NCBI GenBank assembly: GCA_040218735.1
Contig: JAVJQW010000070.1
Coordinates: 32,001 to 96,000 of the forward strand
Direction of reading: 5' to 3'
Source of the DNA: Deltaproteobacteria bacterium
GTDB taxonomy: Bacteria; Myxococcota; Kuafuiibacteriia; Kuafuiibacteriales; Kuafuiibacteriaceae
Length of the DNA stretch: 64,000 bases
Both the position numbers and the translations under genes were made by a program. Positions 44,019 through 54,400 of the stretch are shown piece after piece. Under the pieces are notes generated by a model. That model had not been told where the DNA came from and ran no database searches. It worked only from the letters and a program-made list of their open reading frames with translations. Position 1 is the stretch's first letter; the number at the start of each line of letters is the position of its first letter.

Positions 44019-44025
44019 GCGCGAA

Positions 44026-44655
44026 TCACGCCGAGCGCTTCTGCGCTTCGGGCGCCGTTCCGAAAACATAGTCCCAGATCGGCGAGGACACGCCGTAGCG
44101 CGTCGGCTCGTGTTTGAAGTGGTGCGCGAGGTGGTAGGCGCGAATCCACTTCAGCACGCGGTTCTTCGGCGCGAAGTGGTGCGTGTAGTAGTGAATCATG
44201 TCGTACGCGAGGTACCCGGTCACCAGGCCGGCGAACGCCGCGTAGCGGTTCACGTCGCCGAGGCCCTCGGTGTACAGCCACCAAAAGAGCGCCGCGAGCG
44301 GCAGCGAGATCGCCGGCGGGAAGACCAGGCGCATCTTGTCGTTCGGCCAGTCGTGGTGCACGCCGTGCGCAAGCCAGATGAAGCGCTTCCCGAGCTTCGA
44401 CTTCGCCTCGTAGTGAAAGAGGAGTCGGTGGAGCCAGTACTCCATCAGCGTCCAGTTCACGAGGCCCGCGAGGAACAGCGCGGCGAACAGCAGCACCGAG
44501 TTGCCGAGCGCGAACGCGCGGAAGCTCGTCCACGCGATCATCGGCAGGAAGATGACGGGGGGCTGCCAGGGCGGGATCCGCGAGAAGAACTCGAACAGAT
44601 CGCTCTCGAACATCCGCTTGGACTCGCTGTCCTTGGCCACCTTCACCGCTCGCAT
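44026..44655 (-). CDS. Fatty-acid 2-hydroxylase (FA2H/Scs7-like, sterol desaturase family)
   Basis: His boxes EYWLHRLLFH, HGVHH..P.D..RLVFPP, YDMIHYYTHH and HLAHHF. Confidence 0.88.
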   Translation of the reverse strand: MRAVKVAKDSESKRMFESDLFEFFSRIPPWQPPVIFLPMIAWTSFRAFALGNSVLLFAALFLAGLVNWTLMEYWLHRLLFHYEAKSKLGKRFIWLAHGVHHDWPNDKMRLVFPPAISLPLAALFWWLYTEGLGDVNRYAAFAGLVTGYLAYDMIHYYTHHFAPKNRVLKWIRAYHLAHHFKHEPTRYGVSSPIWDYVFGTAPEAQKRSA

Positions 44656-44720
44656 GACGCGGGGCGCAAGCTAGGGGACGGGACGCCGAGAACGCAAGGG
44701 ATCTCAGCAGGTTATTGCGA

Positions 44721-45464
44721 TCACTTCCAACCGGAAAGTCGGATGGTGCGGGCCTTCGACAGCTTGGATTCGACGTCCGACTCGACCGCGTCCGCGGCTT
44801 CGAGCAGACGCAACGCCGCGGGCTCCGCACGCACGCACATCGACTCGAGCAGCTCGGCGCCGGCGCGGAGCGCACGCGAAGCCGCGTCGAGCACGTCCTC
44901 GTCGCTTCGAAGCCCGATCGCGCGACGCCCGCGGTGCAGGCCCTCTTCGATCTGCTCCGCCACGAAGGCCGCGTGGGTCCCGGCGACGAACTCCGCCACG
45001 ACCACCGCGCTGGTGATCTGACCGCAGCCGCTCTTGAGCTTGTCCTTGGGCCGCAGCGTCGCCAGCATCCGGTGCGCCACGCGCCCCGCGTCGATGTGGC
45101 CCTTCACGATGCCCTCGGAGACCCCGTCGTCGCCGAGCGCCATCAGCGCCCAGACCCAACGATTCACCGCCATCGACGCGATCAGGGACAGCCGCCCCGA
45201 CTGCTTCAGCACCTCACCGAGCGTCGCCCGCCGCGCGAGGTTCGCGGTGGCCTGCGCCTGCGCGTAACGAATCTGGACGAGGCCATCCCCCGCGAGCTCG
45301 ATCGCCGGCGCGTCCGTCGCCTCGGAGGACAACGTCTGCGCGCGCGCTTCGAGCTGCTTGCGGAGGGTGGTGAGCTGCTGCTCGACGGCGTCCAGTCGGT
45401 CCGCCGCGGTCCTCAGGCGTTCGACGTCGAACGCGAGGCGCCTTCGAATCTGAGTCGCATCCAT
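44721..45464 (-). CDS. Hypothetical helical protein
   Basis: 247-aa ORF with GAAG-rich upstream sequence and a coiled-coil-like N-terminus. No family recognised. Confidence 0.5.
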   Translation of the reverse strand: MDATQIRRRLAFDVERLRTAADRLDAVEQQLTTLRKQLEARAQTLSSEATDAPAIELAGDGLVQIRYAQAQATANLARRATLGEVLKQSGRLSLIASMAVNRWVWALMALGDDGVSEGIVKGHIDAGRVAHRMLATLRPKDKLKSGCGQITSAVVVAEFVAGTHAAFVAEQIEEGLHRGRRAIGLRSDEDVLDAASRALRAGAELLESMCVRAEPAALRLLEAADAVESDVESKLSKARTIRLSGWK

Positions 45465-45528
45465 CGCTTCTTCCTTCGAAGGGAAAACCTCGCGCCCGCG
45501 CCGTCGATGCCCTTGGCTTCGACGGACG

Positions 45529-47520
45529 TCAGTTGCAGTCGGCGGAGACGTTGATCATCTCCGTCGCCTGGCTCTGACTCATCGCGCCGCAGCTGTTGAT
45601 GGCGTCCAGCCCCAAGAAGTACACGCCGTCGCGCTCCGGGATGAACGTCGTCGTCGACATCTGCTGCGAGAACTGCGGCTCCGGCGGCGGCGCGAACAGC
45701 CACGACCACGTGTAACCCACGATCGTCGTCGTCATCCCGTCGCCGCCCGGCATCGACATGTCCGCGTTGATCGTCACGGGCTCACCGACACACGGCCGCA
45801 TCGTCTCGACCTCGATGATCGGGATCGGGAAGAAACACGGATCGTCCATCGCCTCGAGGATCACGATCTGATCCGGGTTGCCCGGGTCGTTCGTGTAGAC
45901 GTGCAGGTTCACCGTGTCCGTCGTCGAGATGTCGTTGTTGTCGTAGGTGATCGGGATGTCGAAGCGCCCCGACATCGGCGGGAGCGTCTCGTTGATCGTG
46001 CACGGCACCTGACCGCCGCAGACCGGAAGATCGATCGTGAAGTCGTCCTTCGAGGAGTTGTCCTCCAGGATGTCGATGCGCTCGATGACGCAGTCGCCGA
46101 ACCCGGTGCTGAGAATCGTGAGGTTCTCGGTGCGCGGCGGGTACGGCGGCTCCTCGTTCGCCGGGAGCGCAAACACCAGTCGCGCCGGGACCTCGCATCG
46201 CGGCACGGCGCCGGCGCGGAAGTCGAGCTCGAGGCGCCCGTTGTTCCGGATGTCGTTGCTCGCGATGACGATCGTCTCGACGTCGATGCCGCCGTCCTGA
46301 GGCGTGTACGAGACGTTGATCGTGAAGCGGCCCTGCGGCTGGATCATGAACGGCGCCGCGCCGACGTCCGTGGTGATCGTGAGCTCGGGGTTGCCGCTCT
46401 CCACGCCGATTGAGCTCACGTCGAGGATCGCGTTACCGGAGTTCTGGCAGCTGAACGACGTGGTCGCGGTCGTCGCCTGCTCCACCGGCCCGAGGTCGCG
46501 CTGCGGCGGCGAGCACTGCAGGTTCGCGGCCGCGCCGTTACCGTTGATCAGCATCGACACCACGCGGTTGTCCGGCGCCGAGGTGAAGAACCGAAGGCCG
46601 TTGCCCTCGCTGGGGAGGCCGCCCCACGCGCCGGCGGCGCCGCCGTCGAAGCGCAGCTTGAACCGGCGCGTGCCGGAGGTGCCGCCCGCGTCGATCGGGA
46701 CCTCAAGGGGGTTGGCCGCCGAGATGTCCAGCGGGTTGCCGTCCAGGTCGCGGATGGAGAAGCCGACCTCCTCGCCCTCGATCGTCGGCGCGTTGGCCGG
46801 GTCCTCGTCGAGGTCTCGGACCTCGATCGTCACGCCGTCCACGGACAACGTTCCGACGGGTTTGTCGTTTCGCCACTCGTTCTCGATCTCGATGATCAGG
46901 TCACACGGGTCGCCGCCCGCGGTGACCGCGCCGAACAGGATGCCGTTGCAGACCTGCATGTTCGGCTCGTCGACGTTGCACTGCACCCCGCCCATCGTGA
47001 CCGGGCAGCGGATCGTGACGGTCGGCGCCTGCACCGGCTGCGCCGCGACCGTGATCTCTCGGTTCCCCTCAGTGGAGTTGTCCGTGATGCTGAGGACGCC
47101 GGAGTCCGGGTCGCCCGGGCAGTCCGGGAGCAGATCCGGGTTCACGTCGTTGCCCTGCCACGCGTCGGGGCACGGGCGATACGTGACGGTGATCGTCGCG
47201 GTCTGGCTCGGCGACAGGCCGGTCGTGAACGCGTCGTCGACGACGATCGTCCACTTTCCGGTGTCGTCCGCGTCGAATTGCTCGACGAGCTCGACGATGT
47301 TGTAGGCGGCGCTACCGTCGTTGCGCACCGTGATGCCCACGGTCTTCTCCGAGTCCACGGAGACGTCGCCGAGGTCGAGCACCGTCGCGGGGGTGTAGTT
47401 GGGGCTGGGGAGGAACACCGGGTCCTCACCGCAGTCGCAGTTGACGGTGGTCGCCGCCGCGAGGGTCGCGTACAGAAACGTCTGAGTGAGGCCAAGGGAG
47501 CGTCGTCGAGCAATGGTCAT
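45529..47520 (-). CDS. Secreted/lipoprotein with tandem Ig-like (ASH/choice-of-anchor D) and PKD-like domains
   Basis: AAGGA then ATG at 47520; signal ending TVNCDC; repeated L(D)LG.V / ITVRNDG / NSGNAILDV / V.YTP; terminal YTWSW PKD-like segment. Confidence 0.7.
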   Translation of the reverse strand: MTIARRRSLGLTQTFLYATLAAATTVNCDCGEDPVFLPSPNYTPATVLDLGDVSVDSEKTVGITVRNDGSAAYNIVELVEQFDADDTGKWTIVVDDAFTTGLSPSQTATITVTYRPCPDAWQGNDVNPDLLPDCPGDPDSGVLSITDNSTEGNREITVAAQPVQAPTVTIRCPVTMGGVQCNVDEPNMQVCNGILFGAVTAGGDPCDLIIEIENEWRNDKPVGTLSVDGVTIEVRDLDEDPANAPTIEGEEVGFSIRDLDGNPLDISAANPLEVPIDAGGTSGTRRFKLRFDGGAAGAWGGLPSEGNGLRFFTSAPDNRVVSMLINGNGAAANLQCSPPQRDLGPVEQATTATTSFSCQNSGNAILDVSSIGVESGNPELTITTDVGAAPFMIQPQGRFTINVSYTPQDGGIDVETIVIASNDIRNNGRLELDFRAGAVPRCEVPARLVFALPANEEPPYPPRTENLTILSTGFGDCVIERIDILEDNSSKDDFTIDLPVCGGQVPCTINETLPPMSGRFDIPITYDNNDISTTDTVNLHVYTNDPGNPDQIVILEAMDDPCFFPIPIIEVETMRPCVGEPVTINADMSMPGGDGMTTTIVGYTWSWLFAPPPEPQFSQQMSTTTFIPERDGVYFLGLDAINSCGAMSQSQATEMINVSADCN

Positions 47521-47672
47521 GGCGTGGTCCTTCACTGTCGGGCGCTACCAAGGCGCCGCCGCGTGGTCAATCCGAACGGTCGCAGCGCGGTCTGCGCCGA
47601 CGCGAATTTGGATGGTACGATGACCGCCAGGCGTCAAAATGTCACGCGGCTCGCCCCCGCGGCCCAGCATTC

Positions 47673-48440
47673 GTGAAGTCCCGTCGCGTCATCGCCGCCA
47701 CCCTCGTCGCGCTCGCCGTGCCCCTCGCCGTCCACGCGGCCGGTCGCTCTGCGCGCATCCGCAGCTTCGCCAACCGGTGGCTGGGGACGCGGTACCAGTG
47801 GGGGGGCACCGGACGGAGCGGCATCGACTGCTCGGCGTACCTGCGTCAGATGTACCGGGACCTCTTCAACATCGAGCTGCCCCGGACGACGCGCCAGCAG
47901 ATTCGACTCGGGCTCGACCTCCCGATCGATCCCACGAACCTCGGGCGGACCCTCCTCCCCGGCGATCTGATCTTCTACGTGGATCGCGCGGGCGTCCCGA
48001 ACCACGTCGTCGTCTACCTCGGCGGCAACCTGATCACGCACAGCGTGAGCGGGCGCGGCGTCGTCGTGGATCCGATCCGCAAAGTGTACGGCCGACGCAT
48101 CGTCGCGCGCCGCTTCCTCGTCCCGCGCGGAGGCGGCAGCGGCGGTGACGACGGCGGAGGTTTCGCGCCGATCCCCGCGGCCGGTCCGATCGTCGCGAAG
48201 GACATCCCGTGCCCGCCTTCGTTCAAGCCGAAACGCAGTGAGGTCCGACGTTACGCGAACCGCCCGCTGCCCGCCGTCGGCAAACTCGGCGAACGAGCGA
48301 TCTGCGACTTCCGCGCGCTCGCGGACGCGCTCGAAAAACGCGGCGGCAAACACGCGAAGCGCAACGCCGTCACGCTCGACGAATATGCGAAGTGGCTCGA
48401 GAGCATCGAGGCGCTCAAGGGCGTGATCGACGGAGACTGA
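47673..48440 (+). CDS. NlpC/P60 (C40) peptidase with C-terminal extension
   Basis: Signal peptide, WLGTRYQWGG, GIDCSA, LPRTT, PGDLIF, HVVVYLG, H. Confidence 0.9.
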   Translation: MKSRRVIAATLVALAVPLAVHAAGRSARIRSFANRWLGTRYQWGGTGRSGIDCSAYLRQMYRDLFNIELPRTTRQQIRLGLDLPIDPTNLGRTLLPGDLIFYVDRAGVPNHVVVYLGGNLITHSVSGRGVVVDPIRKVYGRRIVARRFLVPRGGGSGGDDGGGFAPIPAAGPIVAKDIPCPPSFKPKRSEVRRYANRPLPAVGKLGERAICDFRALADALEKRGGKHAKRNAVTLDEYAKWLESIEALKGVIDGD

Positions 48441-48446
48441 CCGACG

Positions 48447-48587
48447 ATGGCGACGAAACGTTTCGCGATCCTCGGTGAACGCGAGAGCACCGCGGTCAAG
48501 ATCGCACGCGTCCTGTTGCTCGGCGCCGCGACCACGTTTGTGTTCGTGACCGGCCTCGCGATCATCGTCGTCGCGGTCACCGAATGA
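48447..48587 (+). CDS. 46-aa single-TM small protein (not in ORF track)
   Basis: GGAG upstream; MATKRFAILGERESTAVKIARVLLLGAATTFVFVTGLAIIVVAVTE; ATGA overlap with the MFS gene. Confidence 0.6.
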   Translation: MATKRFAILGERESTAVKIARVLLLGAATTFVFVTGLAIIVVAVTE

Positions 48588-49822
48588 GCACCTCGGAAGA
48601 CGACGCCCCCACGCTGCGCTGGGCGGTGCTCGCGCTGCTCGGGCTGCTGATGTTCGGCAGCTACTACGGCTACGACGCGATCGCGCCGCTCGCCGAGATC
48701 CTCGGACGTGAGCTCGGGTTCACGGACACCCAAATCGGCGGGCTCAACGCGATCTACTCCGCGCCCAACGTGGTCATGGTGCTCGTCGGCGGCGTCCTCG
48801 TGGATCGCATTGGCCTGCGCCGCGTGATCCTCGGAACGTCGATCGTCCTGTGCGCCGGTGCGTTCCTCACCGCCGCGCGCCCCGACTACGCGATGATGGC
48901 CGCGGGGCGTCTGCTGTTCGGCCTCGGCGCGGAGACGATGATCATCGCGGCGACGACCGCCATCGGGCTGTGGTTCGCGAAGAAACACCTCGCGCTCGCG
49001 ATGGCGATCGCCGTGAGCCTCGCGCGCGCCGGTTCGTACGCCGCGGACGTCTCACCGGCGTGGGCACCCGAGCTCTACGCGGCGGGTTGGCGTCCGCCGC
49101 TCCTCGTCGCCGCCGGGTTCGCGACGCTCGGTCTGGTGGGGGCGGTCGGCTACCTGTTCGTCGCGCGACGCGCGGAGCTCGGCGCCAAGGAGCGCGCCGA
49201 GCGCTTCGAGTGGAGGACGCTCCTGAAGCTCGGTCCGCGTTACTACATCCTCGTCGCGACCTGCGTCCTGTTCTACGCGACCATCTTCCCGTTCCGCAGC
49301 ACGTTCGCCGTGAAGTACTATCAGCACGCGCACGGGCTCTCGCTCGAGGACGCGAGCACGACGAACGGCATCGTGTTTTTGACCGCCGTCGTCGCGACGC
49401 CAATCTTCGGGGCGCTGGTGGATCGGTTGGGGCGCCACCGCGCGTGGCTCGTCGGCGGTGCGCTCGTCCTGCTGCTCGCGTTCGTCCTGCTGCTCACCCG
49501 CGCCGACCCGCGGATCGCGACCGCCCTGCTCGGGATCAGCTTCGCGCTGGTCCCGGCCGTGTTGTGGCCCGCCGTCGCGCTGACGGTGGAGCCCCACCGC
49601 CTCGGCACCGCCTACGGCTTGATGGCAATGCTCCAGAACCTCGGCCTCACCGCGGCCAACGTCATCGCGGGCCGAATCAACGACGCGTCGGGCGCGGGCG
49701 CCGCCGACCCCGGCGCCTACCGTCCGATGCTGTTGTTCTTCACCGCGCTCGCGCTCGGGGCCGCAGTCACGGCGGGCGCCGGTTTGATTCGCGGACGTCG
49801 AGAGACGATCAGAGGTACTTAG
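48584..49822 (+). CDS. MFS transporter (MFSD1-like)
   Basis: About 12 TM segments; GGVLVDRIG and GALVDRLG motif A; GRLLFGLGAE. Confidence 0.9.
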   Translation: MSTSEDDAPTLRWAVLALLGLLMFGSYYGYDAIAPLAEILGRELGFTDTQIGGLNAIYSAPNVVMVLVGGVLVDRIGLRRVILGTSIVLCAGAFLTAARPDYAMMAAGRLLFGLGAETMIIAATTAIGLWFAKKHLALAMAIAVSLARAGSYAADVSPAWAPELYAAGWRPPLLVAAGFATLGLVGAVGYLFVARRAELGAKERAERFEWRTLLKLGPRYYILVATCVLFYATIFPFRSTFAVKYYQHAHGLSLEDASTTNGIVFLTAVVATPIFGALVDRLGRHRAWLVGGALVLLLAFVLLLTRADPRIATALLGISFALVPAVLWPAVALTVEPHRLGTAYGLMAMLQNLGLTAANVIAGRINDASGAGAADPGAYRPMLLFFTALALGAAVTAGAGLIRGRRETIRGT

Positions 49823-51072
49823 AAGTACTTGATCGTGTTCGTGACGAGGTCGCGAGCGACCTCCTCCGGGGCGACGCCCTTCTTCTGCGCCACGACCCGG
49901 ATCTTCTCGAACTCCGCGGGCGACAGGTTGAGCTCGAGGGTGTGCCGCGCGCCGTTCTCCTGACGGATCGACGAGTCCACGACGATGAGCGCGGCGGACT
50001 TGTCGCTGCCTTCCTTCGCCTTGCCCACGGCCTCGCCGACCATGACGTCGTGTTTGCCGGTCGCCGGCACCGGCGGCGGCGTCTTTCCGCGACGCGCCTT
50101 CGCAGCCTCCGCGGATCGTTCGCGCTCGCGTTCGATCTCGTCCGCGAAGATCTGCTTCATGAAGTTCGCGAGGTGCGTGTTCGTCGGCGTGAACGCAGCG
50201 ACGGTGTGCAGCCACTGCTGGATGTCGAACTGCATGTCGCGCGCGGTCTGGTAGCGCTCCTCGCGATCCTTCGCGAGCGCCTTCATGAGAATCGCCTCGA
50301 TGCCCTCCGGGATGTCCTCGCGGAAGTACGACGGCGGATAGATCCGGCCGTCGATGATCGACTTGAGGATCGCCATCTCGTTCTCGCCGGTGAAGAGCTT
50401 GTAGCCGGTGATCCACTCGTAGAGGACGACGCCGAGCGTGAAGATGTCGGACCGCTCGTCGAGCTTCTTCCCCATCCCCTGCTCCGGGGACATGTACGAG
50501 AGCTTGCCCTTGATCTCGCCGGCCTTGGTCTGGTCGGTCTGCGAGTTCGCCTTCGCGATCCCGAAGTCGAGGATCTTCACGTTCCCGTTCCAACCGACCA
50601 TCACGTTCTCGGGCGTGATGTCGCGGTGGACGATGTTGAGCGGCTCGCCGAAGTCGTCGGCCTTGGTGTGCGCGTACGCGAGGCCGTCCAGGACGCGCTC
50701 GCCGATCGCGAAGGCGTACTCGATCGGGAACGTGATCCCGAGCTTCTCGGCCTTCGGGATCACACGCGACATGTCCCGACCCGAGATGTACTCCATCGCG
50801 ATGTAGAAGCTGTCGTTGATCTTGCCGAGGTCGAAGATCTGGACGACATGCGGATGTTGCAAACCTGCGGCGAGTTTCGCCTCGAACAGGAACATCTTGA
50901 GAAAGGCGTCCTCGTTCGACAGGTGCGGACGAATGCGCTTGATCGCAAACGTCTTCTCGAAGCCCTCGAGCCCCGGGCGCACGGCGAGGAAGACCTCCGC
51001 CATACCGCCGACCGCGATCCGCTCGAGGAGCTTGTATTTCCCAAACCAGACGGGTGCGTTTCGGGAGACCAA
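49819..51072 (-). CDS. Cytoplasmic Ser/Thr kinase with C-terminal ribbon-helix-helix-like domain
   Basis: FGKYKL, GGMAEVF, HRDITPEN, DFGIAK, YMSPEQ. No TM. C-terminus TLELNLSPAEFEKIRVVAQKKGVAPEEVARDLV. Confidence 0.88.
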   Translation of the reverse strand: MVSRNAPVWFGKYKLLERIAVGGMAEVFLAVRPGLEGFEKTFAIKRIRPHLSNEDAFLKMFLFEAKLAAGLQHPHVVQIFDLGKINDSFYIAMEYISGRDMSRVIPKAEKLGITFPIEYAFAIGERVLDGLAYAHTKADDFGEPLNIVHRDITPENVMVGWNGNVKILDFGIAKANSQTDQTKAGEIKGKLSYMSPEQGMGKKLDERSDIFTLGVVLYEWITGYKLFTGENEMAILKSIIDGRIYPPSYFREDIPEGIEAILMKALAKDREERYQTARDMQFDIQQWLHTVAAFTPTNTHLANFMKQIFADEIERERERSAEAAKARRGKTPPPVPATGKHDVMVGEAVGKAKEGSDKSAALIVVDSSIRQENGARHTLELNLSPAEFEKIRVVAQKKGVAPEEVARDLVTNTIKYF

Positions 51073-51494
51073 GTCCGGCGGGACGCTAGACGGGTGACCG
51101 CTCGGCTACAAGCCGACCGTTGCCCGACCGGCGGCCGGGTCTCGGGGCTTTCCACGCGGGGTCCGGAATTCGGCTGAAGGATTCTCCCCGCTCCTCACCC
51201 GATCGATCGGACTTCGGTTCAAGGATCGAATACCCTCGTTTTCACGCCAATTTCACCCGATTGCCCCGTGATCTTCCCCACTTGACGGAAAAGCCTGACA
51301 GGCGGACCCTACCGGCGGCCTGGGATGAGGACGCGTCGCGTGAGCGGTATCAACATGGGCGGTCTCGATTGCGAGACGCCGCTCCCGTGCGCACTGAATT
51401 CCCTGAGGCCATCGGCTGCTGAGCTCCTGTTCGCCGCGTCTTCGAGGCGCGGTCCGATGTTTGGTTCCACGACAGAGCCGAGGGAAGCAAAACC

Positions 51495-54400
51495 ATGTAC
51501 TCCACGCACGCAAGCACAACTGAAACAAAGGGGGTCGGCCTCGCCCGGCTCCTGACGACATCCGCCGCATTTGCGGCCGCGCTCACCTGGGCTCCCCAGG
51601 CGAACGCAGAGATCGCGGTGATCTCCACCGCACCGGTGGTCTATACACCGCTGGCCAACCCGACCGTCCTGACCACGTCGGACGACGACTCGGTCTTCCA
51701 GGTCACCTCGCCGTTCCCCATCCGGTTCTACGAGCAGCAGACGACGACGTTGGGCGTGAGCACCAACGGCACGATGACGATGGACGGCTCCGCGATTTCC
51801 TACACGAACATCGCGATGGGCACGACGAGCACGCCGAACAACGTGCTCGCCCCGTGGTGGGACGACCTCCGTCTCAACGCGGCCAACAACGGCCGCATCG
51901 CGCACGCGACGCTCGGCACGGCACCCAACCGGACGTTCGTCGTCGAGTGGCACCTCGTGAGCGAGTGGGGCAACGACCCGTCGACGTTCTCGATGCAGGT
52001 CCACTTCCACGAGGGTGACGCGATGAACTTCGACATCCACTACGGCCCGACCGGGAACAGCCCCGCGTTCTCGGCGACCGCGGGGATGGAGAACAGCCAG
52101 GGGATGATCCCGTTCATCTTCCCGGCCTCGCAGTGCACCACCCTCTGCAGCGCGACCGACTTCGCGGCCCTGTCGGGCAACATGGTCACCGTGCAGAGCG
52201 GACCGGCGCCGTCGCTGCTCGTCTCGCTCGGCAACGCACCCGCGAACCTCCCGACCGGCGGCACCGCGATGGGCGACCTCACGCTCACGAACCTGGGTAC
52301 GAACGACGCCGTGGGCACGCTGACGTCGGTCTACCTGTCGTCGGACACGACGCTGGACGCCATGGACACCCTCGTCGGCACCGCGACGACCACCATCCCG
52401 TATGGCAACACGACCACGCCGGTCACGCTGACGATCCCGGCCAACGCCACGCTCGGGAACAACTACCTCATCGCCGTGGTCGACTCGAACGACCAGTTCT
52501 CGGAGGACTTCGAGAACGACAACACCGCGACCACCGTCGTCTCCGTCGGTTCGGACGTCGCGGCCGCCGCGCTGCGCGTGACGAACGGCGCCGCGGGCAT
52601 CAACGGCGGCGCGCCGATCGACTTCGAGGTCGACATCGCGCAGGCCGGCTTCCCGTACGCGGGCGGCGTCGACATCACGTTCTACGCGTCGGTCGACACG
52701 CTGTTCGACGCGATGGACACGCCGATCGACACGGCGTCGTTCAACCTCACGGGTGACCCCACCGAGACGCTGAACCACACGGCGACCTTCCCGGTGCTGC
52801 CCCCGGGCCAGTACTACGCGATCGCGCACATCGACCCGATGGACGTGCTCCCGGAGACGAACAACAACAACAACTTCGGAACGACGACGTTCTCGTTCAA
52901 CAGCGGCCCGGACTTCACGGTCGACACCGTGACGATCCCGCGCGGCCTGTTGCCCGGTGACACCGGTACGATCGCGACCAAGGTCGACAACGTCGCCGTC
53001 CCGTTCACGGGGCCCGTGCCGTACACGCTCTACCTCTCCGAGGACGGCGTCATCGACATGATGGACACGGTGATCGGCAACTACGTCATCAACTTCGCCG
53101 GTCAATCGAACATCGTCGACAACCAGTCGTTCATGGTGCCGGCGTCGCCGCTCGGCTATTACAACGTCATCGCCGAGGTCGACCCGGCGGCCGCGATCGT
53201 CGAGGCCTCCGAGATGAACAACGTGCAGGTGTCGTCGAACCCGGTCGCGAACGCGGTCGACTTCGCCGCGGCCCTCGCGACCTCGAGCCCGAGCACGGTC
53301 GAGGTCGGTGATCCGGTCAACGTCACCGCGGAGATCTCCAGCGACGGCGTCTCCTTCGTCGGCAACGTGCCCTTCCAGGTGCACCTGTCGCCCGACCCGA
53401 TCTTCGACCCCGGTGATCCGGCCGTCTACCGCGGCTTCGTGTTCTTCCCCGGCGGCAACGGCTCCGGTCAGATCGACGTCACGTTCCCGCTGCAAGCCCT
53501 CCCCGGTCAGCCCGCGCTCATCGCCGGTGGCTTCACGGTGTTCGTGGTCGTCGACCCGGACAACACCACGATGGAAGCGGACGAGATGAACAACGCCGGC
53601 CCGGCCAACTCGATCACCATCGAGGGCGCCGACCTGGTCGTGAACTCGATCAGCGGCGCGGCCACCGCGTTCATCGGCCTCCCCTACGAGGTCACGATGA
53701 ACGTCTCGAACGTCGGCGTCGCCGACGCGCGTGCCTTCCGTTACGCGTTCTACATGTCCGACAACGACATCATCCGCGTCACCGACCGCCGGGTGTTCGT
53801 GTCGAGCACGGCGACCATCGCCTCGGGGGACAGCGAGCAGTTCACGGACTCGTTCACCATCCCGACCTTCACGTCCACGCGCACGCAGTACCTCGGCGTC
53901 ATCGTCGACATCTTCTCGGTCGTCCCGGAGACCTCCGAGACGAACAACGCGCGCCGCATCGTGAACCCGATTACCGTCGTGTTCCCGATTCCGGATCTGC
54001 GCGCGGAGATCGTCGGCACAGCGACCGCGGCCGCCGCGGGTGAGGATCTGTCGATCACGCGCATCCTCGAGAACGTCGGCGTCGCACCTTCGGGTGCGTT
54101 CGAGTACAGCTATTACCTGTCCACGAACGCGCAGATCGCGACGGACGACATCCTCCTCGGGACGTTCAACAGCGCATCCCTCGCCGAGGGGAACGACGAC
54201 TACGGCGTCGACACCGTGACCATCCCGCCGTCGGTGATGGAGTCGAACTACTACGTCGGCATGATCGTCGACCCGAACGATCAGGTCGACGAGGTCGACG
54301 ACACGATCGAAGGCAACACGGCGCTCGGCCCGCAGATCCCGGTCTACCGGTCCACGCTGCAGTTCCAGACGGACGCGCTCCCGGCCGGCACCATCGGCGT

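Noticed and set aside
51073-51494. Riboswitch or small ORFs in the long intergenic region
   Set aside because: No c-di-GMP or other riboswitch consensus was recognised, and the short ORFs lack support. An Rfam search would be needed.
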